NCBI GenBank assembly: GCA_051313645.2
Contig: JBNRSN020000024.1
Location: 93,806,001 to 93,870,000, forward strand
Source: Centroscyllium fabricii
Lineage: Eukaryota
Length of the DNA stretch: 64,000 nucleotides
Direction: 5' to 3'
Position 1 is the stretch's first letter; each line of letters opens with the position of its first letter. The notes beneath the pieces are model-generated. The model was not told where the DNA came from, did not search any database, and worked only from the letters and a program-made list of their open reading frames with translations. Position numbers and translations under genes: made by a program. Positions 1-13,754 of the stretch are shown here, piece by piece.

Positions 1-146
1 CCTTAGACTGACCGGCAACTCCTTGTAATGAGCCAGGCTCCCAGAGCTCGGACCTTTATCAGGTAGGCTAGGGGCGGAGTCAGCTTCAGGCATGCCCGGG
101 CATGTATACACACAGGCAAAAGTATATACAACAGTGGTTTACCACA
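1..146 (-). mobile_element. Partial LTR of a Gypsy family related to the element at 39042-42455, inserted into a CR1
   Basis: Ends ACAGTGGTTTACCACA, compared with ACAGTGGTTT(G/C)CCACA in the LTRs at 39.2 and 42.4 kb, and shares gagctc..cctttat and aggggcggag. CR1 sequence (LEYCVQFWA) resumes at 147. Confidence 0.75.
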
Positions 147-1545
147 AGCCCAAAACTGCACACAGTACTCCAGGTGTGGTTTCACCAAGGCCCTGTCCAA
201 CTGCGGTGAGACATCCTTGCTCCTGTACTCAAATCCTCTCGCAATGAAGGCCGACATACCATTTGCCTTCCTAACTGCTTTCTGCACCTGCATATTTGCT
301 TTCAGTGACTGGTGTACAAGGACACCCAGGTTTCTTTGTACATCAGCATTACCCACTTTATCACCATTTAAATAATACTCTACCTTTCTGTTTTTCCGAC
401 CGAAGTGGATAACTTCACATTTATCCACGTTATACTGCATCTGCCATTTACTTGCCCACTCACTCAACTTGTCTAAATCGCCTTGACGTTTTTTTGCATC
501 CTCCTCACAACTCATAATCCCACCTAGTTTCGTGTCATCAGCAAACTTGGAAATATTACATTTGGTTTCCTCATCCAAATCATTGATATATATTGTGAAT
601 AGCTGGGGCCCAAGCACTGATCTCTGCAGTACCCCACTATTTCTTGAGGCTAAAGGGATCAAGGGATATGGGGAGAAAGCGGGGACAGGGTACTGAGTTT
701 GGATGATCAGCCATGATCTCATTAAATGGTGGAGTGGGATCGAGGGGCCGAATGGCCTATTCCTGCCCCTATCTTCTATGCTTCTAGTCACTGCCTGCCA
801 CCCCGAAAAAGATCCATTTATTCCTACTCTCGGTTTCCTGTCTGTTAGCCAATTTTTGATCCATGCCAGTATATTACCCCCCAATCCCATGTGCCTTAAT
901 TATGCACACTAACCTCTTGTGGGACTTTAGCAAAGGCCTTCTGAAAATCAAAATACACCACATCCACTGGTTCTCCCTTATCTATTCTACCAGTTACATC
1001 CTGAAAAAACTCCAGCAGGTTTGTCAAACACGATTTCCCTTTCATAAATCCATGCTGACTTTGTCTAGTCTCGTTGATATTTTCTAAGTGTCTTTTTATC
1101 ACATCCTTTATAACAGACTCCAGCATTTTCCCTACTACTGATGTTAGGCTAACCGGTCTGTAGTTCTCTGTTTTCTCTCTCTCTCTCTCTCCTTTTTTAA
1201 ATAGTGGGGTTACATTTTCCACCCTCCAATCTGCAGGAACTGTTCCATAATCTATGGAATTTTGGAAGATAACAACCAATGCGTCCACTATTTCCATGGC
1301 TACCTCTTTTAGTATTCTGGGATACAGATTATCAGGCCCTGGGGATTTATCAGCTTTCAGTCCCATTCATTTCTCCAGCACTATTTTTTTTTACTAATAC
1401 TAATTTCCTTTAATTCCTCCTCCTCACTAGACCCTTGGTCCCCTCGCATTTGTGTCCTCTTCCATGAAGACAGTACAAAATTATTTGTTTAATTGCTCTG
1501 CCATTTCCTAGTTCCCCGTTATAAATTCTCCCATCCATATTACTC
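147..1545 (-). mobile_element. Decayed CR1 LINE ORF2 (reverse transcriptase), with a short plus-strand CR1/SINE tail inserted at about 640-782
   Basis: ORF fragments with KSPGPD, NYRPVSLTSVVGK, QHGF, DFQKAF, KFADDTKL and HLEYCVQFW. Frameshifted. Confidence 0.93.
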
Positions 1546-1699
1546 TTTTTGAAAGGAGGCAGCAAAGAAACCAAACTTAAAAAGACATTTCCATAAAGTA
1601 AAGGAAGCTCTGTGCCTGAAATCAGAGAAAGAAGCAAAGGACAAGTACAGAGTGAAGCTTTATATGTGGCGATTCTCAAAAAACGAGAAAGACCACAGC

Positions 1700-3900
1700 A
1701 GAGGTGCATGAGCTTCCTAATGGGAAATCGCAGAGATATGCAAGAGCTATGGAGTGGTGATATTGGGGGACTTTAATTACCCAAATATCGATTGGGATAA
1801 TGCTGGGGTAAAGGGAAAGGAGGGGGAGGAATTTCTGAAATGTGTTCAGGATAATTTCCTTGACCAGTATGTTCTTGGGCCAACTGGGAAGGAGGCATTG
1901 CTGGATCTGGTGCTGGGGAATGAGGTGGGCCAGGTCGACCAAGTGTCTGTGGGAGAACACTTTGGTACGAGTGATCATCGTATCATAAAATTTAGATTAG
2001 CAACGGAGAGGAGCAAGGAACAATCTAGAGTGGAACTTCTAAACTGGAATAGGGCTAACTTCAATGGGATGTGAAAGGATCTAGTCAGGGTAAAATGGAA
2101 CCAAAGACTGAGAGGGAAAACTGTAACGGAACAATGGGTGATCTTTAAGGAGGAGATGTTCCAAGTACAGGCTCGGTACATTCCAACAAGAGGGAAGGGT
2201 AAGGGAACCAGCACGGGCTCCTTGGATGACGAGGGAGATCGAGAAGATGATGAAACAAACAAAGAGGGCGTATGATGCACGTCAGGTGAATTCTTCAAGT
2301 GAGAACCAGACCAAATACAGTAAGTTGAGAGGGAAAGTGAAGATGAAAATAAGATTGGCAAAGAGAGAATATGAGAGGAGAATGGCGGTTAACATAAAAG
2401 GGAACCCAAAAATCTTCCACCGGCATATAAACAGTAAGGGGGTAGTAAGAGGTGGGGTGGGGCTTATTGGGGACTAAGAAGGTGAAATATGCTTCGAGGC
2501 ACAGGGCAAGGCTAGAATACTCAATGAGTAGTTTGTATCGGTGTTTACTGAGGAGGTGGATGCTGACAAAATATCAGAAGTGGAAAAGGTTAGAAGCAAT
2601 GGAAAGGGTGAAAATGGATAGACAGGATGTACTAGAAAGGCTGGGTATGCTTAGAGTGGACAGGTCGCCTGGTCCAGATGGCTTGCATCCCAGGTTGCTA
2701 AGGGAATTGGGGGAGGAGATAGCGGAATGGCTTGCCATCATTTTCCAATCTTCCCTAGATACGGGGGAGGTTTCTGAGGATTGGAAAGTGGCAAATGTGA
2801 CACCATTGTTCAAGAAAGGTTGCAAGGACAATCCTAGTAACAATAGGACGGTCAGTTTAACATCAGTGGTGGGTAAAGTTTTAGAAACAATAATCAAGGA
2901 AAAAATTAACGGGCACCCGGAGAGGTTTAGCTAATTAAGGAGAGCCAACACGGATTTGTAAAAGATAGATCATGTTTGACTAATCTAATTGAATTTTTTG
3001 ACTAAGAACAGGGAGGATTGATGAAGGGAATGCAATGGATGTTGTCTACATGGATTTTAGGAAGGCATTTGACAAAGTACCACGTAGAAGGCTGGTTAAC
3101 AAAATTGAGGCTCATGGAATAGGTGGGTCAGTGACAGCTTGGATAAGGAATTGGCTTAAGGACAGAAAACAGCAAGTTGTGGTGAATGGCTGTTTTTCAG
3201 ACTGGAGGATGGTAGACAGTGGTGTTCCCCAAGGGTCAGTGCTGGGGCCACTGCTTTTTTTGATATATATAAATGACCTGGATATTGGAATATACAGAGT
3301 AGAATTTCATAATTTGCCAATGACACCAAACTTGGGGGTGTGGCAAACAGTGATGATGATACCAATCGATTGCAACAGGACATGGATAGGCTAGCAGAAT
3401 GGGCAGATAAGTGGCAGATGGAATTTAATACAGAGAAGTGTGAGGTGATGCATTTTGGCAGAAGGAACCGGGAGAGGCAATATACACTTAATGGCACAGT
3501 TTTAAAGAGTGTGCAGGGACAGAGGGACCTGGGAGTTAATGTGCAAGATTATGACAGGTTTGGATAAGCTAGACAGGGAAAGGCTGTTCCCACACGTTCA
3601 TGGTACAAGGACTAGGAGACACAGATGTAAGGTTTTGGGCAAGAGATCGGGGGAGCGTGAGGAAAAACATTTTTACGCAGCGAGTGGTGAGGGCCTGGAA
3701 CTCCCTGCCAATGGAAGTGGTGGAAACGGAGACACTCAACATTTTCAAGGGGAGACTGGATTTGCACTTGAAGGAAATGAACTTGCAGGGCTATGGGGAT
3801 AGAGCGGGGGAGTTGGACTGACTGGATTGCTCTACAGAGAGCCGGCACAGACTCGATGGGCCAAGCGGCCTCTTCTGTGCCGTTATGACTCTATGACTCG
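1700..3900 (+). mobile_element. Decayed CR1 LINE (endonuclease C-terminus, RT, 3' UTR with ATGACTCT tail)
   Basis: [49 protein letters not shown]. Multiple stops and frameshifts plus an internal deletion near 3545. Confidence 0.93.
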
Positions 3901-4010
3901 AATGTGTTAAATCTTTACACACAAAGAGGACTGAAAGAAGAGGTGCGAAAAGATACTTAATTTGGTGTTGAATTTAGAAGCACAAAAGTACATAGAACAA
4001 GGGGTTTACA

Positions 4011-7000
4011 GCACAGGAGGCCATTCCACCCATTGTTTCTGCACCAGACACAGGAGGCCATTCCACCCATTGTTTCTCCGCAGACACAGGAGGCCATTCC
4101 ACCCATTGTTTCTCCGCAGACACAGGAGGCCATTCCACCCATTGTTTCTCCGCAGACACAGGAGGCCACTCCACCCATTGTTTCTCCACAGACACAGGAG
4201 GCCATTCCACCCATTGTTTCTCCACAGACACAGGAGGCCATTCCACCCATTGTTTCTCCACAGACACAGGAGGCCACTCCACCCATTGTTTCTGCACCAG
4301 ACACAGGAGGCCATTCCACCCATTGTTTCTGCACCAGACACAGGAGGCCATTCCACCCATTGTTTCTCTGCAGACACAGGAGGCCATTCCACCCATTGTT
4401 TCTCCACAGACACAGGAGGCCATTCCACCCATTGTTTCTCTGCAGACACAGGAGGCCATTCCACCCATTGTTTCTCCACAGACACAGGAGGCCATTCCAC
4501 CCATTGTTTCTGCACCAGACACAGGAGGCCATTCCACCCATTGTTTCTCCGCAGACACAGGAGGCCATTCCACCCATTGTTTCTCCACAGACACAGGAGG
4601 CCATTCCACCCATTGTTTCTCCGCAGACACAGGAGGCCATTCCACCCATTGTTTCTGCACCAGACACAGGAGGCCATTCCACCCATTGTTTCTCCACAGA
4701 CACAGGAGGCCATTCCACCCATTGTTTCTCCACAGACACAGGAGGCCATTCCACCCATTGTTTCTGCACCAGACACAGGAGGCCATTCCACCCATTGTTT
4801 CTCCACAGACACAGGAGGCCATTCCACCCATTGTTTCTCCACAGACACAGGAGGCCATTCCACCCATTGTTTCTCCGCAGACACAGGAGGCCATTCCACC
4901 CATTGTTTCTGCACCAGACACAGGAGGCCATTCCACCCATTGTTTCTCCACAGACACAGGAGGCCATTCCACCCATTGTTTCTCCACAGACACAGGAGGC
5001 CACTCCACCCATTGTTTCTGCACCAGACACAGGAGGCCATTCCACCCATTGTTTCTCTGCAGACACAGGAGGCCATTCCACCCATTGTTTCTCCACAGAC
5101 ACAGGAGGCCATTCCACCCATTGTTTCTCCACAGACACAGGAGGCCATTCCACCCATTGTTTCTCCAGACACAGGAGGCCATTCCACCCATTGTTTCTCC
5201 ACAGACACAGGAGGCCATTCCACCCATTGTTTCTCCACAGACACAGGAGGCCACTCCACCCATTGTTTCTGCACCAGACACAGGAGGCCATTCCACCCAT
5301 TGTTTCTGCACCAGACACAGGAGGCCATTCCACCCATTGTTTCTCTGCAGACACAGGAGGCCATTCCACCCATTGTTTCTCCGCAGACACAGGAGGCCAT
5401 TCCACCCATTGTTTCTCCACAGACACAGGAGGCCATTCCACCCATTGTTTCTCTGCAGACACAGGAGGCCATTGCACCCATTGTTTCTCTGCAGACACAG
5501 GAGGCCATTCCACCCATTGTTTCTCTGCAGACACAGGAGGCCATTCCACCCATCGTTTCTCCACAGACACAGGAGGCCATTCCACCCATTGTTTCTCCAC
5601 AGACACAGGAGGCCATTCCACCCATTGTTTCTCCACAGACACAGGAGGCCATTCCACCCATTGTTTCTGCACAGACACAGGAGGCCATTCCACCCATTGT
5701 TTCTCTGCAGACACAGGAGGCCATTCCACCCATTGTTTCTGCACAGACACAGGAGGCCATTCCACCAATTGTTTCTCTGCAGACACAGGAGGCCATTCCA
5801 CCCATTGTTTCTCCACAGACACAGGAGGCCATTCCACCCATTGTTTCTCCACAGACACAGGAGGCCATTCCACCCATTGTTTCTCCACAGACACAGGAGG
5901 CCATTCCACCCATTGTTTCTGCACAGACACAGGAGGCCACTCCACCCATTGTTTCTCCAGACACAGGAGGCCACTCCACCCATTGTTTCTCTGCAGACAC
6001 AGGAGGCCATTCCACCCATTGTTTCTCCACAGACACAGGAGGCCATTCCACCCATTGTTTCTCCACAGACACAGTAGGCCATTCCACCCATTGTTTCTCT
6101 GCAGACACAGGAGGCCACTCCACCCATTGTTTCTCCACAGACACAGGAGGCCATTCCACCCATTGTTTCTCTGCAGACACAGGAGGACATTCCACCCATT
6201 GTTTCTCCACAGACACAGGAGGCCATTCCACCCATTGTTTCTGCACAGACACAGGAGGCCACTCCACCCATTGTTTCTGCACCAGACACAGGAGGCCATT
6301 CCACCCATTGTTTCTCCACAGACACAGGAGGCCACTCCACCCATTGTTTCTGCACCAGACACAGGAGGCCATTCCACACATTGTTTCTCCGCAGACACAG
6401 GAGGCCATTCCACCCATTGTTTCTCCGCAGACACAGGAGGCCATTCCACCCATTGTTTCTCCGCAGACACAGGAGGCCATTCCACCCATTGTTTCTCCGC
6501 AGACACAGGAGGCCATTCCACCCATTGTTTCTCCGCAGACACAGGAGGCCATTCCACCCATTGTTTCTCCGCAGACACAGGAGGCCATTCCACCCATTGT
6601 TTCTCCGCAGACACAGGAGGCCACTCCACCCATTGTTTCTCCACAGACACAGGAGGCCATTCCACCCATTGTTTCTCCACAGACACAGGAGGCCATTCCA
6701 CCCATTGTTTCTCCACAGACACAGGAGGACACTCCACCCATTGTTTCTGCACCAGACACAGGAGGCCATTCCACCCATTGTTTCTGCACCAGACACAGGA
6801 GGCCATTCCACCCATTGTTTCTCTGCAGACACAGGAGGCCATTCCACCCATTGTTTCTCCACAGACACAGGAGGCCATTCCACCCATTGTTTCTCTGCAG
6901 ACACAGGAGGCCATTCCACCCATTGTTTCTCCACAGACACAGGAGGCCATTCCACCCATTGTTTCTCCGCAGACACAGGAGGCCATTCCACCCATTGTTT

Positions 7001-10000
7001 CTCCGCAGACACAGGAGGCCATTCCACCCATTGTTTCTCCGCAGACACAGGAGGCCATTCCACACATTGTTTCTCCACAGACACAGGAGGCCATTCCACC
7101 CATTGTTTCTCCGCAGACACAGGAGGCCATTCCACCCATTGTTTCTCCGCAGACACAGGAGGCCATTCCACCCATTGTTTCTCCGCAGACACAGGAGGCC
7201 ACTCCACCCATTGTTTCTCCACAGACACAGGAGGCCATTCCACCCATTGTTTCTCCACAGACACAGGAGGCCATTCCACCCATTGTTTCTCCACAGACAC
7301 AGGAGGCCACTCCACCCATTGTTTCTGCACCAGACACAGGAGGCCATTCCACCCATTGTTTCTGCACCAGACACAGGAGGCCATTCCACCCATTGTTTCT
7401 CTGCAGACACAGGAGGCCATTCCACCCATTGTTTCTCCACAGACACAGGAGGCCATTCCACCCATTGTTTCTCTGCAGACACAGGAGGCCATTCCACCCA
7501 TTGTTTCTCCACAGACACAGGAGGCCATTCCACCCATTGTTTCTGCACCAGACACAGGAGGCCATTCCACCCATTGTTTCTCCGCAGACACAGGAGGCCA
7601 TTCCACCCATTGTTTCTCCACAGACACAGGAGGCCATTCCACCCATTGTTTCTCCGCAGACACAGGAGGCCATTCCACCCATTGTTTCTGCACCAGACAC
7701 AGGAGGCCATTCCACCCATTGTTTCTCCACAGACACAGGAGGCCATTCCACCCATTGTTTCTCCACAGACACAGGAGGCCATTCCACCCATTGTTTCTGC
7801 ACCAGACACAGGAGGCCACTCCACCCATTGTTTCTCCACAGACACAGGAGGCCATTCCACCCATTGTTTCTCCACAGACACAGGAGGCCACTCCACCCAT
7901 TGTTTCTGCACCAGACACAGGAGGCCATTCCACCCATTGTTTCTCTGCAGACACAGGAGGCCATTCCACCCATTGTTTCTCTGCAGACACAGGAGGCCAT
8001 TCCACCCATTGTTTCTCCACAGACACAGGAGGCCATTCCACCCATTGTTTCTCCACAGACACAGGAGGCCATTCCACCCATTGTTTCTCCAGACACAGGA
8101 GGCCATTCCACCCATTGTTTCTCCAGACACAGGAGGCCATTCCACCCATTGTTTCTCCACAGACACAGGAGGCCATTCCACCCATTGTTTCTCCACAGAC
8201 ACAGGAGGCCATTCCACCCATTGTTTCTCCGCAGACACAGGAGGCCATTCCACCCATTGTTTCTGCACCAGACACAGGAGGCCATTCCACCCATTGTTTC
8301 TCCACAGACACAGGAGGCCATTCCACCCATTGTTTCTCCACAGACACAGGAGGCCATTCCACCCATTGTTTCTGCACCAGACACAGGAGGCCACTCCACC
8401 CATTGTTTCTCCACAGACACAGGAGGCCATTCCACCCATTGTTTCTCCACAGACACAGGAGGCCACTCCACCCATTGTTTCTGCACCAGACACAGGAGGC
8501 CATTCCACCCATTGTTTCTCTGCAGACACAGGAGGCCATTCCACCCATTGTTTCTCTGCAGACACAGGAGGCCATTCCACCCATTGTTTCTCCACAGACA
8601 CAGGAGGCCATTCCACCCATTGTTTCTCCACAGACACAGGAGGCCATTCCACCCATTGTTTCTCCAGACACAGGAGGCCATTCCACCCATTGTTTCTCCA
8701 GACACAGGAGGCCATTCCACCCATTGTTTCTCCACAGACACAGGAGGCCATTCCACCCATTGTTTCTCCACAGACACAGGAGGCCACTCCACCCATTGTT
8801 TCTGCACCAGACACAGGAGGCCATTCCACCCATTGTTTCTGCACCAGACACAGGAGGCCATTCCACCCATTGTTTCTCTGCAGACACAGGAGACCATTCC
8901 ACCCATTGTTTCTCCGCAGACACAGGAGGCCATTCCACCCATTGTTTCTCCACAGACACAGGAGGCCATTCCACCCATTGTTTCTCTGCAGACACAGGAG
9001 GCCATTGCACCCATTGTTTCTCTGCAGACACAGGAGGCCATTCCACCCATTGTTTCTCTGCAGACACAGGAGGCCATTCCACCCATTGTTTCTCCACAGA
9101 CACAGGAGGCCATTCCACCCATTGTTTCTCCACAGACACAGGAGGCCATTCCACCCATTGTTTCTCCACAGACACAGGAGGCCATTCCACCCATTGTTTC
9201 TGCACAGACACAGGAGGCCATTCCACCCATTGTTTCTCTGCAGACACAGGAGGCCATTCCACCCATTGTTTCTGCACAGACACAGGAGGCCATTCCACCC
9301 ATTGTTTCTCTGCAGACACAGGAGGCCATTCCACCCATTGTTTCTCCACAGACACAGGAGGCCATTCCACCCATTGTTTCTCCACAGACACAGGAGGCCA
9401 TTCCACCCATTGTTTCTCCACAGACACAGGAGGCCATTCCACCCATTGTTTCTGCACAGACACAGGAGGCCACTCCACCCATTGTTTCTCCAGACACAGG
9501 AGGCCACTCCACCCATTGTTTCTCTGCAGACACAGGAGGCCATTCCACCCATTGTTTTTCCACAGACACAGGAGGCCATTCCACCCATTGTTTCTCTGCA
9601 GACACAGGAGGCCACTCCACCCATTGTTTCTCCACAGACACAGGAGGCCATTCCACCCATTGTTTCTCTGCAGACACAGGAGGACATTCCACCCATTGTT
9701 TCTCCACAGACACAGGAGGCCATTCCACCCATTGTTTCTGCACAGACACAGGAGGCCACTCCACCCATTGTTTCTGCACCAGACACAGGAGGCCATTCCA
9801 CCCATTGTTTCTCCACAGACACAGGAGGCCACTCCACCCATTGTTTCTGCACCAGACACAGGAGGCCATTCCACACATTGTTTCTCCGCAGACACAGGAG
9901 GCCATTCCACCCATTGTTTCTCCACAGACACAGGAGGCCATTCCACACATTGTTTCTCCACAGACACAGGAGGCCATTCAACCCATTGTTTCTCCACAGA

Positions 10001-12597
10001 CACAGGAGGCCATTCCACACATTGTTTCTCCACAGACACAGGAGGCCATTCCACCCATTGTTTCTGCACCAGACACAGGAGGCCATTCCACCCATTGTTT
10101 CTGCACCAGACACAGGAGGCCATTCCACCCATTGTTTCTCTGCAGACACAGGAGGCCACTCCACCCATTGTTTCTGCACCAGACACAGGAGGCCATTCCA
10201 CCCATTGTTTCTCCACAGACACAGGAGGCCATTCCACCCATTGTTTCTGCACCAGACACAGGAGGCCATTCCACCCATTGTTTCTCCACAGACACAGGAG
10301 GCCACTCCACCCATTGTTTCTCCGCAGACACAGGAGGCCATTCCACCCATTGTTTCTCCGCAGACACAGGAGGCCATTCCACCCATTGTTTCTCCACAGA
10401 CACAGGAGGCCATTCCACCCATTGTTTCTCCACAGACACAGGAGGCCATTCCACCCATTGTTTCTCCAGACACAGGAGGCCATTCCACCCATTGTTTCTC
10501 CACAGACACAGGAGGCCATTCCACCCATTGTTTCTCTGCAGACACAGGAGGCCATTCCACCCATTGTTTCTCTGCAGACACAGGAGGCCATTCCACCCAT
10601 TGTTTCTCTGCAGACACAGGAGGCCATTCCACCCATTGTTTCTCCACAGACACAGGAGGCCATTCCACCCATTGTTTCTCCACAGACACAGGAGGCCATT
10701 CCACCCATTGTTTCTCCACAGACACAGGAGGCCATTCCACCCATTGTTTCTCCACAGACACAGGAGGCCATTCCACCCATTGTTTCTGCACAGACACAGG
10801 AGGCCATTCCACCCATTGTTTCTCTGCAGACACAGGAGGCCATTCCACCCATTGTTTCTCTGCAGACACAGGAGGCCATTCCACCCATTGTTTCTCTGCA
10901 GACACAGGAGGCCATTCCACCCATTGTTTCTCCACAGACACAGGAGGCCATTCCACCCATTGTTTCTCCACAGACACAGGAGGCCACTCCACCCATTGTT
11001 TCTCCACAGACACAGGAGGCCATTCCACCCATTGTTTCTCTGCAGACACAGGAGGCCATTCCACCCATTGTTTCTCTGCAGACACAGGAGGCCACTCCAC
11101 CCATTGTTTCTCCACAGACACAGGAGGCCATTCCACCCATTGTTTCTCTGCAGACACAGGAGGACATTCCACCCATTGTTTCTCCACAGACACAGGAGGC
11201 CATTCCACCCATTGTTTCTGCACAGACACAGGAGGCCACTCCACCCATTGTTTCTGCACCAGACACAGGAGGCCATTCCACCCATTGTTTCTCCACAGAC
11301 ACAGGAGGCCACTCCACCCATTGTTTCTGCACCAGACACAGGAGGCCATTCCACACATTATTTCTCCGCAGACACAGGAGGCCATTCCACCCATTGTTTC
11401 TCCACAGACACAGGAGGCCATTCCACACATTGTTTCTCCACAGACACAGGAGGCCATTCAACCCATTGTTTCTGCACCAGACACAGGAGGCCATTCCACC
11501 CATTGTTTCTCCACAGACACAGGAGGCCATTCCACCCATTGTTTCTCTGCAGACACAGGAGGCCACTCCACCCATTGTTTCTCCACAGACACAGGAGGCC
11601 ATTCCACACATTGTTTCTCCACAGACACAGGAGGCCATTCCACACATTGTTTCTCCACAGACACAGGAGGCCATTCCACCCATTGTTTCTCCACAGACAC
11701 AGGAGGCCATTCCACCCATTGTTTCTGCACCAGACACAGGAGGCCATTCCACCCATTGTTTCTGCACCAGACACAGGAGGCCATTCCACCCATTGTTTCT
11801 CTGCAGACACAGGAGGCCACTCCACCCATTGTTTCTGCACCAGACACAGGAGGCCATTCCACCCATTGTTTCTCCACAGACACAGGAGGCCATTCCACCC
11901 ATTGTTTCTGCACCAGACACAGGAGGCCACTCCACCCATTGTTTCTCCACAGACACAGGAGGCCACTCCACCCATTGTTTCTCCAGACACAGGAGGCCAT
12001 TCCACCCATTGTTTCTCCGCAGACACAGGAGGCCATTCCACCCATTGTTTCTCCGCAGACACAGGAGGCCATTCCACCCATTGTTTCTCCACAGACACAG
12101 GAGGCCATTCCACCCATTGTTTCTCCACAGACACAGGAGGCCACTCCACCCATTGTTTCTCCACAGACACAGGAGGCCATTCCACCCATTGTTTCTCCAC
12201 AGACACAGGAGGCCATTCCACCCATTGTTTCTCCACAGACACTGGAGGCCATTCCACACATTGTTTCTCCAGACACAGGAGGCCACTCCACCCATTGTTT
12301 CTCCACAGACACAGGAGGCCATTCCACCCATTGTTTCTCCACAGACACAGGAGGCCACTCCACCCATTGTTTCTCCACAGACACAGGAGGCCATTCCACC
12401 CATTGTTTCTCCACAGACACAGGAGGCCACTCCACCCATTGTTTCTCCAGACACAGGAGGCCATTCCACCCATTGTTTCTGCACCAGACACAGGAGGCCA
12501 TTCCACCCATTGTTTCTGCACCAGACACAGGAGGCCATTCCACCCATTGTTTCTCCAGACACAGGAGGCCATTCCACCCATTGTTTCTGCGCCAGAC
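4011..12597. repeat. 36-bp minisatellite, roughly 238 units (CAGACACAGGAGGCCATTCCACCCATTGTTTCTCCA, with 34- and 37-bp variants)
   Basis: Directly visible tandem array of near-identical units with no unique spacers. Confidence 0.99.
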
Positions 12598-13260
12598 TTT
12601 TGCTAGCCTAATCTCACTGCCCTTACCCCATCTTTAGCTTTCTCTGCTTCAAATATTTATCAAATCTTTCCTTAAAAGGTGGACTGGTCTCTGCCTTACC
12701 CATTCCCTGTGGCAAAGCATCACATGTCTCTGTAAAGACATTTCTTCTAACCTTTTGCTTCACTCAGTGATGATTACCCCTAGTAACTAACTCCCCAGGA
12801 AGAGGAAATTGCCTTTCTCTAATCAGTATCTAGTCAAAACATTTCATAAGTTGAAAATTCTCTATTAAATGTCCTCTTAACCTTCACTGCTTCAGTGGAA
12901 ATAGTTCCAATATCTCACAGCTATAGATTCCCATCCCTGGCATCATTCTAGTGAATCGACCCTCAGTGTTCTCTATGGCTTTAATGCCCTTCCTATAATG
13001 GGGCTCACAAAATTGCACACACTACTGCAATTGTGGCCTAGCCTACAATTCTGTTTTTACTCATGTACTCTATGCCCCTAGTTATAAAATCCAAAATGCT
13101 ATTGACCTTTTTATGGCTTTAATCCACCTGCACTCACACTTTGAGAATGATGTACTTGAATCAGTATGTTTTTCTGTTCATCCACAGCCTTCAGCATCTT
13201 TCTACTAAGAGAATACTCGCATTCCTTGCGTTTCCTCCCACACTTCACACTAAATTGCAT
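12598..13260 (-). mobile_element. Old, highly diverged CR1 3' portion. Its extreme 3' end lies on the other side of the 36-bp array (about 3985-4045).
   Basis: Degenerate matches to the minus-strand CR1 copies at 47.4-47.9 kb and 61.5-62.0 kb (e.g. tctgccttacccattccctgtggc, catccctggcatcattctagtgaatc, aaaattgcacacactact). Confidence 0.7.
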
Positions 13261-13623
13261 CATCTCGAGCCTCCATCAAGACAATAATAAGTGAAAGAGT
13301 GCAGATTACTTTGTGTCTTGCAGATAAGGATCAAGAAAACTCTTTCATATCGGCTCATGATGTGGCAGTAACACAAGTAGAATCGGTATCAACTTTTCTA
13401 AATTATGACAATAAGTTCAAGAACTTATTCCTGCTGTACACTGCTTCGTAATGGGTTTACTGGCCACTTGTCACCAAATGAAAGAACGGTTGACTAGATC
13501 GTAGATCAATTGTGGTCATGTCGTGTGAGGGGCAAGCACACGGTGAGTAGCATTCCAGCACCAGTGTGCACAACCACTAGAATGACTGAGCTCCCACACA
13601 TAGGCTCCACTCAGTTCTCTTAC

Positions 13624-13754
13624 CTTTGGGGTTCCTCCTGATCATCTTTCTCTTCTTCCTTCTTCTCTTCCTTTTCTTCTTTCTCGACTTTTTCAACTTT
13701 CTCCTCTTCTTTTTCAGCTTCTTTTTCTTCTTGTGAAGGGCGAGAAATTTGTTG
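13624..13754 (-). CDS. NCOR1: NCOR1 internal exon (131 nt), E/K-rich linker after SANT1
   Basis: ttctttttgcag-type acceptor, then QQISRPSQEEKEAEKEEEKVEKVEKEEKEEKKEEEKDDQEEPQ, then AG|gtaag. Resembles NCoR1 QQIARPSQEEK. Not in the ORF track. Confidence 0.92.

Noticed and set aside
4011-12597. CRISPR-like appearance (36-37 bp repeats)
   Set aside because: Units are head-to-tail with no unique spacers, there are no cas genes and the context is vertebrate. The same applies to the 39- and 40-bp arrays.
3957-12637. 2000-2900 aa ORFs in nearly all six frames
   Set aside because: They are translations of a stop-free 36-bp unit, with frequent 34/37-bp units switching frames. There is no unique domain or gene structure.
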